DNA of 64,000 nt from IMG/VR virus record IMGVR_UViG_3300037141_000177, positions 1 to 64,000 of that record; one strand, written 5' to 3'. The notes below the pieces were generated by a model. It was not told the DNA's origin. It did not search any database and was given only the letters and a program-made list of their open reading frames with translations. Numbering within the stretch: the first letter of the stretch is position 1; each line of letters begins with the position of its first letter. The translations under genes were made by a program, and so were the position numbers. Of the stretch, positions 55,664 to 64,000 are shown piece by piece. Source of the stretch: a virus.

Positions 55664-55893
55664 TCATAAGCACGGGCAAAGAGGCAGGCGCTGAATGGGC
55701 ATTCAAGCTGCTCGCGCGGGGGAAGTCGCGCACGGGCCTTGGGATGCCGCTTGAGGTCACGCGCTGCGCGACCGATGCGATTCGGTCCGGTGCCGGTTAT
55801 CGGTTTATGCGTGACGCGCCGGAAGACGTTCGCGAGCAATACGCACTGATGTACGACGGGATCATCGCGGCGGAGGGGCAGCGTGACTTTTAG
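55660..55893 (+). CDS. Hypothetical protein
   Basis: ATGA-coupled. Confidence 0.5.
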   Translation: MIISTGKEAGAEWAFKLLARGKSRTGLGMPLEVTRCATDAIRSGAGYRFMRDAPEDVREQYALMYDGIIAAEGQRDF

Positions 55894-57316
55894 CGCGATC
55901 ACCTTCGGCTCAGTGTGTTCGGGCATTGAAGCGGCGAGTGTGGCGTGGGTTCCGCTTGGCTGGCGCGCGGTGTGGTTCGCGGAGATAGACGCGTTCCCGT
56001 CCGCGGTGCTTGCGCATCGGCATCCGTCGGTGCGGAACCTGGGGGATATGACGCTGCTGGTGGCACGCGTGCAGTCGGGGGAGATTGAGGCGCCCGACGT
56101 CCTGGTGGGCGGCACACCGTGTCAGGCGTTCTCGCTGGCGGGGCTTCGTGCTGGTTTGAATGATCCACGCGGTCAGCTTGTGCTGCGGTTTTTGGAATTG
56201 GCAAATGCAATTGACGCAGCTCGACTTGTTCTCGGAAAGCCCGCGTGTGTCGTCGTCTGGGAGAACGTCTACGGCGTGCTCAGCGACAAGACCAACGCCT
56301 TCGGATTCTTACTTGGTGGGCTGGCCGGCGAAGATGTTCCACTTGAGCCGCCAAGGGACGCCCGTGGCCTGAGAAAGCCTTGGTCGCACGCTGGTGCTGT
56401 GTATGGACCCCAAAGAGCAGCGGCATGGCGGCTCCTCGACGCCCAATATTTCAGAGTGGCACAACGACGCCGCCGTTGTTTCCTTGTGGGCAGTGCTCGA
56501 GCGGGGTTCGATCCAGCGAAGGTACTTTTTGACTTCGAAGGCGTGCGCCGGGATTCTCCGCCGAGCCGAGATGCGGGGGAAAACGTTACCGGCACTCTTA
56601 GCGCGCGCACTTCAGCAGGTGGCGGACTTGGGACCGACTTTGAACTAGCCGGTGGCCTGCAGGTGTGCTCGCCGGTCGTGTGCCTGGCGCACGGGCAGGG
56701 AGGGGCCGAGGTGTCGGAGGACCGGTCGCCGACGCTCACCTGCAACCACGAGGCACCGATCGCCGTGTATGCGTTCCAGCCGCGCATCGCGCGCAATGGT
56801 CGGGGCGATATGGGCGAGCTCGTCAATGCGTTGACGGCCACTGCTGGCGAGACGGGCAAGGGTGATGCTGCGCCGTGCGTCGCACTCGCGTTCAAGGCTT
56901 CGCACTTCACGCGCGGTAAGGATGGCGCTCCGTCTGAGGTCTGTCCGCCGCTGTCGGCCGACGCCGACAAGGGCGATCAGGACACGCTGGTGTGTGCGCC
57001 CACGGGGATCGCCTTCGACGCCCGTCAAGACCCGGTTTCAAACGATCACGTCGCAGGCGCGCTCGGCTCATCCAGCCCGCAATCGCAGGCCGTGTGCGTC
57101 GCCGGAGGCATGGCGGTGCGTCGTCTCACGCCGGTCGAGTGCGAGCGGCTTCAGGGATTCGCGGACGGCTACACAAACGTTCCGTACCGCGGCAAGCCTG
57201 CTGCGGACGGTCCGAGATACAAGGCGCTTGGCAATTCTATGGCCGTGCCGTGCATGGCCTTTCTTGGGCGCCGCATCGCGGTCGCTATTGGTGAGCTTAT
57301 TCGGGAGCACGCATGA
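55883..57316 (+). CDS. C5-cytosine DNA methyltransferase
   Basis: SVCSGIEA, GGTPCQ, ENV, QRRRR, RRLTPVECERLQGF, YKALGNS. Confidence 0.93.
   Translation: MTFSAITFGSVCSGIEAASVAWVPLGWRAVWFAEIDAFPSAVLAHRHPSVRNLGDMTLLVARVQSGEIEAPDVLVGGTPCQAFSLAGLRAGLNDPRGQLVLRFLELANAIDAARLVLGKPACVVVWENVYGVLSDKTNAFGFLLGGLAGEDVPLEPPRDARGLRKPWSHAGAVYGPQRAAAWRLLDAQYFRVAQRRRRCFLVGSARAGFDPAKVLFDFEGVRRDSPPSRDAGENVTGTLSARTSAGGGLGTDFELAGGLQVCSPVVCLAHGQGGAEVSEDRSPTLTCNHEAPIAVYAFQPRIARNGRGDMGELVNALTATAGETGKGDAAPCVALAFKASHFTRGKDGAPSEVCPPLSADADKGDQDTLVCAPTGIAFDARQDPVSNDHVAGALGSSSPQSQAVCVAGGMAVRRLTPVECERLQGFADGYTNVPYRGKPAADGPRYKALGNSMAVPCMAFLGRRIAVAIGELIREHA
56403..56648 (+). CDS. Overlapping +1-frame ORF inside the C5 MTase (beta-polypeptide-like)
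   Basis: SLWAVLE...RYFLTSKACAGILRRAE.RGK.LP..L..AL. Confidence 0.5.
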   Translation: MDPKEQRHGGSSTPNISEWHNDAAVVSLWAVLERGSIQRRYFLTSKACAGILRRAEMRGKTLPALLARALQQVADLGPTLN

Positions 57317-57603
57317 GAACGATCTACAAGTACCCGCTCGAGCGCGGCGTGACTCGCCTCGATGTTCCGCCTGGTTCGACGCTGGTGTCGGTTGACATAC
57401 AGAACGGCGAGCCGATTGGCTGGGTGATGCACGACCGGGAGCGTCTGCAGGCGAAGGAGCGCGAGGCGATCATCGTGACTATCGCGCGTACGGGTGGCGA
57501 CATACCTCGGGAGTGCGGAAGCTATCTGTCGACGTTTTTCGAGCACGGCGGGCTGTACGTGTGGCACGCGTTCGCCCATTACGAAGGGCCGGTGAATGGC
57601 TGA
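57313..57603 (+). CDS. Small phage hypothetical protein
   Basis: MRTIYKYPL...TG...YL.T.....VWH. Confidence 0.7.
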   Translation: MRTIYKYPLERGVTRLDVPPGSTLVSVDIQNGEPIGWVMHDRERLQAKEREAIIVTIARTGGDIPRECGSYLSTFFEHGGLYVWHAFAHYEGPVNG

Positions 57604-58963
57604 TATCTCGATGCCGACCGCGCTGGTGATGCGTAACGTCGCGGACCTGTTGCCGTATGCGAGGAATGCCAGAACGCATTCGGATGAGCAGCTGGCGCAG
57701 ATCGTCGCGTCGATGACCGAGTTTGGCTTCACGAACCCGATCCTCGTCTCCGGTGACGGGATCCTCGCGGGGCACGGTCGGATTCTAGCGGCCGAGAAGC
57801 TCGGGCTGACGGTGGTGCCGACGATCGACCTGTCGCATCTGTCCGAGACGCAGCGGCAGGCGTACGTGCTCACTGACAACAAGATCGCGCTCAATGCGGG
57901 ATGGGATCTCGACATGCTGCGCGTTGAGCTGGAGGAGCTGGAAGCGAAGGGGTTTGATCTGTCGATCACGGGCTTCGGCGCGGACGAGCTCGAGGAGCTC
58001 CTGCATCCGGATCTGGAAGCGCCTGGTGGTGATCCGGACGAAGTGCCGGAGACGCCCACGGTCGCGCACTCGGTGCTTGGCGACGTGTGGATTTGTGGCG
58101 CGCACAAGGTCATGGTTGGAGATGCGCTGTCGGTCGATGCCTGGGACGCGCTGATGGGCACGGAGAAGGCGGACGTGGTGTGGACGGACCCGCCGTACAA
58201 CGTTGATTACGAGTCGAAGCTGGCCGGGAAAATCAAGAACGACAAGATGGGCGACGGTGCCTTTCATGAGTTCCTGCTGGGTGCCTTTGTGGCGCTGTTC
58301 ACGGTCATGAAGTCGGGTGCGGCGATCTATATCGCGCATGCCGATACGGAGGGCTACAACTTCCGCAGCGCCTTCCTGAAGGCCGGGTTGAAGCTGTCGG
58401 GTTGCCTCATCTGGAAGAAGAACACGCTGGTCCTCGGGCGTAGCCCGTACCAGTGGATCCACGAGCCGATTCTGTACGGATGGAAGCCGGGAAAAGCGCA
58501 CCGATGGTTCGGCGGCCGCAAGCAAACGACGGTCACGGATTTAGGCGATGCGTCGCCGTTCGAACTGCAGCCCGACGGTCGCTGGGTGGTGCGCGTCGGT
58601 GAGGAGACGCTTGTCGTGTCCGGCGATGCGCTGGTGGAGCGCGTTGAGACATCGCTGATCTATCACGACAAGCCTGCGCGCTCGGCACTTCATCCCACGA
58701 CGAAACCGGTCGGACTTGTCACTCGTCTTTTGAAGAATTCCGCGCGTCGCAACGACATTGTGGTCGATGCCTTTGGCGGTTCCGGCACGACCTTGATCGG
58801 CTCTGAAATGGTCGGCATGTGCGCGCGCCTGATGGAGCTTGACCCTCGCTTTGTCGACGTGACCTGCGCTCGTTACCTTGCCTACACGGGCCGCGTGCCG
58901 GTGAGTGCGGTGACCGGTCTGGAATTCCCGCGCGGCGTGCTCGAGCGGCTTAACGCCAAGTAA
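57596..58963 (+). CDS. ParB-like N-terminal domain fused to adenine DNA methyltransferase
   Basis: PYARNARTHS, FGFTNPIL, AGHGR; TDPPYNV, HPTTKP, DAFGGSGTT. Confidence 0.92.
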   Translation: MADISMPTALVMRNVADLLPYARNARTHSDEQLAQIVASMTEFGFTNPILVSGDGILAGHGRILAAEKLGLTVVPTIDLSHLSETQRQAYVLTDNKIALNAGWDLDMLRVELEELEAKGFDLSITGFGADELEELLHPDLEAPGGDPDEVPETPTVAHSVLGDVWICGAHKVMVGDALSVDAWDALMGTEKADVVWTDPPYNVDYESKLAGKIKNDKMGDGAFHEFLLGAFVALFTVMKSGAAIYIAHADTEGYNFRSAFLKAGLKLSGCLIWKKNTLVLGRSPYQWIHEPILYGWKPGKAHRWFGGRKQTTVTDLGDASPFELQPDGRWVVRVGEETLVVSGDALVERVETSLIYHDKPARSALHPTTKPVGLVTRLLKNSARRNDIVVDAFGGSGTTLIGSEMVGMCARLMELDPRFVDVTCARYLAYTGRVPVSAVTGLEFPRGVLERLNAK

Positions 58964-58976
58964 AACGGAGGTTGTC

Positions 58977-59150
58977 ATGTTGGATACGACTGACCATGAA
59001 TTGCGTGGCGGATTCAAACGCGCTGAGCAGGAACCGGTTCGACTCACGAAGTCAACGCCGCCGAATACCGGCTGGGTTTGCCCGCTGTGCCGCGTGTCCA
59101 ATGCGCCGACCGTGCGCCAGTGCCCGTGCTCATCGGCGATTCGGCCATGA
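58977..59150 (+). CDS. Small Zn-finger protein
   Basis: SD GGAGG; GWVCPLC...AP....CPC. Confidence 0.55.
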   Translation: MLDTTDHELRGGFKRAEQEPVRLTKSTPPNTGWVCPLCRVSNAPTVRQCPCSSAIRP

Positions 59151-59314
59151 ACGCTCATCAACGTCGGATCGTGCGTCGTTCTCTTGGCCGCTCTCTCGCA
59201 CTGCTTGGCGAGCCGTTATTTGAGCCGCGCGTTGCCGCTCCGACGATCCTATTGAGGCATATGTTCGGGATACCCATCCTCGACAATCGGGCGCTTGCCC
59301 GTATGAGCATATGA
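59147..59314 (+). CDS. Hypothetical protein
   Basis: ATGA-coupled. Confidence 0.45.
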   Translation: MNAHQRRIVRRSLGRSLALLGEPLFEPRVAAPTILLRHMFGIPILDNRALARMSI

Positions 59315-59679
59315 ACGCTCGCCAGCGCCGGTTTGTGAAGCGCCACCGCCTGCCTGCTGGCACGGAGGTCTGGTACCGCTCGAGCCGCTTCGGCTGGGTC
59401 GTGGGCACGGTCATGACGAATCAATGGGATGCAGGCGCGTACCGGGTGCGCGTCAACTTAGACGGCGAGCGCGAATACCCGCTGATTAGCGATCTGGTGT
59501 TCGTCGAGCCAGAGGCCATGTCGTTGCTCGCGGTACCCGACCAAGCGAATGCCTTCGTTGAATTCGTCGAGCACATGAACCGCCAGATTTGCGGTGCGTT
59601 CAGTCCTCCGCAGCGTTACTTCTTTCCGCCTTCATCCACGCTCCCGGGCCATGTAATTAACAGATCGGATGGCGTATGA
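59311..59679 (+). CDS. Hypothetical protein
   Basis: ATGA-coupled. Confidence 0.55.
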   Translation: MNARQRRFVKRHRLPAGTEVWYRSSRFGWVVGTVMTNQWDAGAYRVRVNLDGEREYPLISDLVFVEPEAMSLLAVPDQANAFVEFVEHMNRQICGAFSPPQRYFFPPSSTLPGHVINRSDGV

Positions 59680-59849
59680 GCGACGTGTTTAAAGGGATGT
59701 CGCTTGAACGCCTGGCGGAGCTCGCTGAGAAGTTCGGTATTGACGGTCCTGCCGATGGCCTTGTCACGTTTGCTCGCGCGATCCGCTTTGCCGCTTTGGC
59801 TGTGGACGGGCGCCCGGTGCTCACGCCGGTCCATAAGGATTCGAAATGA
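59676..59849 (+). CDS. Hypothetical protein
   Basis: ATGA-coupled on both sides. Confidence 0.5.
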   Translation: MSDVFKGMSLERLAELAEKFGIDGPADGLVTFARAIRFAALAVDGRPVLTPVHKDSK

Positions 59850-60508
59850 TTGATACCTACGCGCCAAACACGAACGGGCGTGACTTCATTGTGGGCGATC
59901 TGCACGGCTGTTTCTTGACGCTCGAGCAAGAGATGGAGTCGGCGGGTTTCGATACGGACCACGACCGGCTGTTTTCAGTTGGCGACCTGGTGGATCGTGG
60001 CCTTGAGTCGGAGCGCGCGCTGGAGTTCATTGACGAGCCGTGGTTCCACCCGGTGCGCGGCAATCACGAGCAGATGGCGATCGACTATCTCTGTGGGCGA
60101 GTCAGCGGCAGCGACTATGTGCGAAACGGCGGGGCCTGGTTCATCGGCATGCCGAAGGTGGAGCAGCAGGACTATGCGGTGGCGTTTCAGATGATGCCGC
60201 TCGCGATTGAGGTTGATCTCGGGCGCTGTCGCATCGGCATCGTGCATGCGGATTGTCCTGTCGAAAATTGGGCCGACCTCGAGGCGGCGCTCAATGGTCC
60301 GAACCGGGACATGTTCGAAGAGTGGATGTTGTGGAGCAGGGCGCGGTACGACGAACGGCGCGCGGATGGCGTGAAAGGCATCGACACGGTGTTCGTTGGG
60401 CATACGGTGGTCCCTGCTGGCTTTCGGCTGGGGAACGTCGCCTACATCGACACAGGGGCCGTGTATGGGCGCGAGTTGACGCTGCTGAATCTGAGCGCAC
60501 TGCCATGA
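59846..60508 (+). CDS. Ser/Thr protein phosphatase (NinI/PphA-like metallophosphoesterase)
   Basis: GDLHG, GDLVDRG, RGNHE, GHT, IDTG. Confidence 0.93.
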   Translation: MIDTYAPNTNGRDFIVGDLHGCFLTLEQEMESAGFDTDHDRLFSVGDLVDRGLESERALEFIDEPWFHPVRGNHEQMAIDYLCGRVSGSDYVRNGGAWFIGMPKVEQQDYAVAFQMMPLAIEVDLGRCRIGIVHADCPVENWADLEAALNGPNRDMFEEWMLWSRARYDERRADGVKGIDTVFVGHTVVPAGFRLGNVAYIDTGAVYGRELTLLNLSALP

Positions 60509-60783
60509 AGTACGGTCCTTTCAACATCGTCGCGAAAGCGCACGGCGACGCAATGGTCATCGAGGTCAGCCAGAAGCCGGTCGCGCCGCTCACCAACCGC
60601 TCGCGTCGCCGTGAGCGGCGGTTTAAAGCGATCCATAAGCGCGAGCTGGTGAAAGGGCTGATGCGGTTCAAGGGCGAGCGCTACACGCCGGAGTTGTTCG
60701 CGCTGATTATGGACACTACGTTCTCGATAACGGACCGCATCAACGAGCGATTCGGGCACCTGACGCCTTGGGGCGTGACGTGA
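60505..60783 (+). CDS. Hypothetical protein
   Basis: ATGA-coupled. Confidence 0.55.
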   Translation: MKYGPFNIVAKAHGDAMVIEVSQKPVAPLTNRSRRRERRFKAIHKRELVKGLMRFKGERYTPELFALIMDTTFSITDRINERFGHLTPWGVT

Positions 60784-60904
60784 CCTTTTACTTTCTGCTG
60801 TATCTGCACTGGTGCGTTCTGTTCTTTGATCCGCGCGCGCCGGGGGAACGGCACCACCCGCTGTTAGGTCATCGGGTCAACACCTGGCGATGAGGCCGTG
60901 AAAA

Positions 60905-61357
60905 ATGATTGAACGTAAGTTGTCCGACTTGGAGTTTCTCGCCGTCGCGGATTCTATGTACACGTTTGATAGAAGCGGCGTGAACTTCGCAATCGGGGCG
61001 GATATCAACGCCTTCGTGCATGACGTCCGATTGATCATGGAAGAGCGCAACGCCGCGAACGCGCGAGCAGCCGCATCGGCCGTTGATGCGATCAAATATC
61101 GGGCGCAACGCGACACACAAATCCAGTTGAAGCTTGGTTTGGCGGCCGAGACGGGCGAACTGCGAGCGCGCCTTGGCCTCGTGCGCACGGAGCGCGACGA
61201 TCTGCATCTCGCGCTGGGTGCGATGAAGGTGAAGCCGGCGGTGTCGGCATTGGGCACGGCGAAGATTGTCGTGCGTCCTGACGGTTCGATTGAAATACAG
61301 GCTGATCAGGTGTCGATCAGCGGTCCCGTGTCTGTCGCGGCTCTCTCGTCGCCCTAG
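60905..61357 (+). CDS. Hypothetical coiled-coil protein
   Basis: 150 aa ORF. Confidence 0.6.
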   Translation: MIERKLSDLEFLAVADSMYTFDRSGVNFAIGADINAFVHDVRLIMEERNAANARAAASAVDAIKYRAQRDTQIQLKLGLAAETGELRARLGLVRTERDDLHLALGAMKVKPAVSALGTAKIVVRPDGSIEIQADQVSISGPVSVAALSSP

Positions 61358-61779
61358 TTGGTCAACCAGTCGGCATAACCCAAGCGGCAGGCGCGTTCGT
61401 AGGCGACGTGAAAACACGGCGGGGCGCTGCGCAGGTTATGGATGCCGAGCAGCTTGGGATTGAACGTGGAGTATTCGTGGCCTTCGTTGCCGTAACGGGC
61501 GACGAGGGTGGCTGGCAGGCCGGTTTGCTCGCACAGGTACAGGTCGTATTCCTCGAAGCGGCCGAGGATCACGCCGGGGCTGTCGGGGTGGGCGAAGCGC
61601 GCATAGTACGGCCATGCGGTTTGCCAGCGTCCGGCGATCTCGGTTCCGTCGTTGGCGAGGCGCAGGCCGGTGATGATGATGCCCCAATCCTCGACGTAGG
61701 CGGTTTCGCCGTCGCGTTCGCGCTGGTTGAAAAACTCATTGAGCGTGGTTTGCATGGTGTCGAGCGTTGCGCGGTGCAT
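61354..61779 (-). CDS. Hypothetical protein
   Basis: SD AAGGA; YDLY...T.VARYGN...EY. Confidence 0.65.
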   Translation of the reverse strand: MHRATLDTMQTTLNEFFNQRERDGETAYVEDWGIIITGLRLANDGTEIAGRWQTAWPYYARFAHPDSPGVILGRFEEYDLYLCEQTGLPATLVARYGNEGHEYSTFNPKLLGIHNLRSAPPCFHVAYERACRLGYADWLTN

Positions 61780-61788
61780 GGCGCATCC

Positions 61789-61998
61789 TTATCGTGGGTT
61801 GAATCCAGCGTCGGCAAGTGCTCGTTGTACCGCTTCCATGCCGTCGATCATCGAGCGTGCGAGCGCTTGGCGCTCGGTGCGTGAAAAGTGCGCTTCGGTA
61901 AACTGGTAGAACGTTTCAAAAGTCGAGCGTTTTGCGAACTGTGCCAGCTGTTCCGCCTGCTCGGCTGTGATGGTCGCTGTGAATGTGACTTCGTGCAT
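61789..61998 (-). CDS. Small hypothetical protein
   Basis: LAQFAKR..F...QRALADAGFNPR. Confidence 0.7.
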   Translation of the reverse strand: MHEVTFTATITAEQAEQLAQFAKRSTFETFYQFTEAHFSRTERQALARSMIDGMEAVQRALADAGFNPR

Positions 61999-62043
61999 CG
62001 CCTGTCCTTATATCGAAAGGGTGATCAGTTCGCTGATTCTCAT

Positions 62044-62520
62044 TTAATGTGCTGTGGGCGTGGCATCGAACAGCAGCATCTGGTGTCCCGCATAGTCCGG
62101 ATCCGCGCCCGTTTGCCACGGGAAGGTGCCAGCCGGGTCGGGCCAGATGATCTGCACGGCGCGCACGTCGTCGCCTTCGATCGCGCGTGCGGCACGCAGA
62201 TAATCGGGGAGGTGGTTGGGGTGCACCGTGCGGAACATGACGCTGTAGCCCTCCACCACCCGGTCGTCGGACGCACTGTCTTGGCACGTCAGGGTGCCTT
62301 GCTTGATGCGCTCGCAGGCTCCGGCGAGGATGCTTTGCGCCACTTCGGGCGGCAGGCCCATGATGACCAGTTCGGGGTGCTGGCAGTTTTCCGTCAGGCC
62401 GATGGTGTAGGCGAAGGAGGGTACGGGCGGCTGCGCCTCGGGGTCGGCGAACACGCCCATTACGGTCCAGCCATGCTGGTCGATGCGCTTGCGCAGTTGT
62501 TCGAGGATCGGGTTATTCAT
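62044..62520 (-). CDS. DUF4262-family protein
   Basis: HGW.V..V...FAYTIGL...HPEL...Q..WPD..G.FPW. Confidence 0.85.
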   Translation of the reverse strand: MNNPILEQLRKRIDQHGWTVMGVFADPEAQPPVPSFAYTIGLTENCQHPELVIMGLPPEVAQSILAGACERIKQGTLTCQDSASDDRVVEGYSVMFRTVHPNHLPDYLRAARAIEGDDVRAVQIIWPDPAGTFPWQTGADPDYAGHQMLLFDATPTAH

Positions 62521-62800
62521 CTTGGTCCTTGATTAGCCGGGGCACGCCTTGGGTCGGCAACGTGAGCGGGATGTCGGTGGGGTCCAGCGATTCGCGGATC
62601 GCTTGTTCCCACATATTCGTGTTGTTCAGGCGCTCCGCGATGCCCTGCGCATCTGCAAGCCGTTCCTCGAATTGCGTGATGGTGATGGGCGGTTTTGCTG
62701 GATCCGCTTCCCACTGTGAGGCGATGGCGCGAAGGACGGTGACGTCGACGCCGAGCATCCGGGCGATCACGGCATAGCCGGTTGAGAGAGGGTGATCCAC
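62513..62800 (-). CDS. Hypothetical protein
   Basis: SD AGGAG. Confidence 0.55.
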   Translation of the reverse strand: MDHPLSTGYAVIARMLGVDVTVLRAIASQWEADPAKPPITITQFEERLADAQGIAERLNNTNMWEQAIRESLDPTDIPLTLPTQGVPRLIKDQDE

Positions 62801-62815
62801 GCATGTCTCCTGTAT

Positions 62816-63079
62816 CTAGTGGGGGAGTTGAAACACAGTGACGATGATTTCGGGCGCGGCCATCACGAACACGATGCGCGAGCGCGTCATGCAGAAGTAC
62901 CGCCCCTTGAAGCCGCCCTTGTGCCATTGCGGATAGGCGACCGGGTTCGACGCTTCGATGCGCCGCTTGGTCTTTTTGCCGACTCGCTGTTTGGCCTGTG
63001 CATACTCGTTTTCAATGTCGCGCTCGGGGAACCGTTCGGCCCATCGTGTGCGTGCGTGGTCGGAGATCAAGAGGGCCAT
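62816..63079 (-). CDS. Hypothetical protein with SDHA..R..ER...IVTV (RelE/BECR-like) signature
   Basis: Motif pattern; directly downstream of brnA. Confidence 0.55.
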   Translation of the reverse strand: MALLISDHARTRWAERFPERDIENEYAQAKQRVGKKTKRRIEASNPVAYPQWHKGGFKGRYFCMTRSRIVFVMAAPEIIVTVFQLPH

Positions 63080-63095
63080 GATTACTGCTGCCTTG

Positions 63096-63377
63096 TCACT
63101 TGCCTTCGGGGCGACGTGCCTTGCTAAGCATGGCATCTCGAAGAATGTCGTTCAGGCGGCTCTGATAGCCCTTGCCTTGGCTCTTGAGCCATTCCAGTAC
63201 GTCGGCGTCGATACGCACCGTCAATTGTTGTTTGACGGGTCGATAAAACCTGCCGCGCGTGGCTCCCTGCCAGTCCTGCGCGTTGGTCGCCGGGATGTCG
63301 GAGAAGTCGATCTCAGATTCCGGTTTCGCGGCCAACGCTGCGAGTTCGCGGCGAATTGATTCAGGCACCTTGTTCAT
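63096..63377 (-). CDS. brnA: BrnA antitoxin
   Basis: IDFSDIP, RPVKQQLTVRIDADVLEWLK..G.GYQSRLN..LR. Confidence 0.92.
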   Translation of the reverse strand: MNKVPESIRRELAALAAKPESEIDFSDIPATNAQDWQGATRGRFYRPVKQQLTVRIDADVLEWLKSQGKGYQSRLNDILRDAMLSKARRPEGK

Positions 63378-63657
63378 AAATTTTCCTTTCTTGCTTAGTC
63401 GCACGTCGCGCCGAGATGATGCGGATGTGTTCCTCGCCGCTCTCTGCTTCGTACCATGTGTGAGCTACTAAAAGCAGGACGACGTCGCCTGCCATGCCAA
63501 CGGTCTGCCACCGTGCTTCGCCGTTCTCGATGCGATCCTGCCGTGAGACGTGCAGGGGGTCATCGAACACAAGGCTGGCGGCTTCAAAACTGACGCCGTG
63601 GTTGCGCTGGTTGCTCTTGTTTTTGGCGGCGTCCCATGAAAACAATTTTAGCTCCAT
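63361..63657 (-). CDS. brnT: BrnT toxin (ribonuclease)
   Basis: FSWD..KN.SN..NHGVSFE.A..VF.DP, GE.RW, IRIISARRAT..ER. Confidence 0.93.
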   Translation of the reverse strand: MELKLFSWDAAKNKSNQRNHGVSFEAASLVFDDPLHVSRQDRIENGEARWQTVGMAGDVVLLLVAHTWYEAESGEEHIRIISARRATKQERKIYEQGA

Positions 63658-63659
63658 AT

Positions 63660-63671
63660 TTGTAGTTACAA
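63660..63671. promoter_or_regulatory. Palindrome upstream of brnT, candidate autoregulatory operator
   Basis: TTGTA-GT-TACAA 2 bp from the start codon. Confidence 0.45.
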
Positions 63672-63731
63672 TAGTGTAGCTCTAATTTGGTCAAAGTTCA
63701 ACGGCCGGTTAAACGCCTGAAAGCCTGTGCC

Positions 63732-63747
63732 GTCGTGACGCCAGACT
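63732..63747 (+). promoter_or_regulatory. Candidate late promoter
   Basis: GTCGTGACGCCAGACT. Confidence 0.7.
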
Positions 63748-63772
63748 CGAATGAACATATTCGGGGTATCTG

Positions 63773-64000
63773 ATGGCTCACGCACTTTCCAGCTTCTCGC
63801 GCCCGTTGCTGTTCCTGAAGGCCGCGATGCATCAGGTGTACGTCCCGACCTTCTCGCGTGCCGACGGTGTGGTGGTGAACGGCCATTACGCGATGCATGC
63901 TGCTGGCGGCAACAGGCCGCCTGCGCTGAAGGTGGTTGCTGCGGTGGCAACCCCTGCGCCTGTTCGGAGCGGTGGCCACGACGCGATCGTGGGGCATTTG
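63773..64000 (+). CDS. 5' end of a late gene, candidate head-packaged protein (truncated by window)
   Basis: MAHALSSFSRPLLFLKAA.HQVYVPTFSRADGVVVNGHY; open to the edge; follows the late promoter. Confidence 0.55.
   Translation, partial: MAHALSSFSRPLLFLKAAMHQVYVPTFSRADGVVVNGHYAMHAAGGNRPPALKVVAAVATPAPVRSGGHDAIVGHL

Larger units (their letters stand above)
1..64000. mobile_element. Segment of a temperate contractile-tailed phage-plasmid
   Basis: Continuous phage gene content (tail, lysis, cI/cro, RecT) plus plasmid Rep, iterons, ParA and TA; no host housekeeping genes or integrase seen. Confidence 0.85.

Noticed and set aside
53949-58963. Restriction-modification system
   Set aside because: No cognate endonuclease recognised; the MTases look like phage orphans

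Overview
The whole window is an internal 64-kb segment of a large, GC-rich temperate myovirus, probably from a Betaproteobacterium (Burkholderiales-like H-NS and Rep proteins), that appears to be a phage-plasmid. No integrase, capsid or large terminase lies in the window. Layout: contractile tail, baseplate and fibre module (1-17.9 kb); SAR-endolysin/spanin lysis cassette (18-20.3 kb); leftward array of small early genes with two H-NS homologues nearby (20.4-29.1 kb); plasmid replicon (Rep_3-type initiator, five 22-bp iterons, type Ib ParA plus small adaptor and candidate centromere, 29.1-32.3 kb); Ref/SSB/SMC-like/RecT/PD-(D/E)XK recombination operon; cI/cro switch; a second, lytic-type initiator with intragenic palindromic repeats; an HU/IHF-like gene followed by a dense cluster of structured non-coding elements (hammerhead-like, C4-like, two kissing-loop modules, 42-43.6 kb); a second leftward small-gene array; a block with a TerS-like gene, three DNA methyltransferases and a Ser/Thr phosphatase; and a BrnTA toxin-antitoxin pair. 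Three dispersed motif families were read by eye: a candidate late promoter GTCGTGACGC-nAnnnT (7 exact-core copies plus 1 degenerate), a 15-bp palindromic operator TTGCGT-N3-ACGCAA (6-7 copies), and GTTATCAA (8 copies). All family assignments come from recognising motifs by eye; no searches were run.
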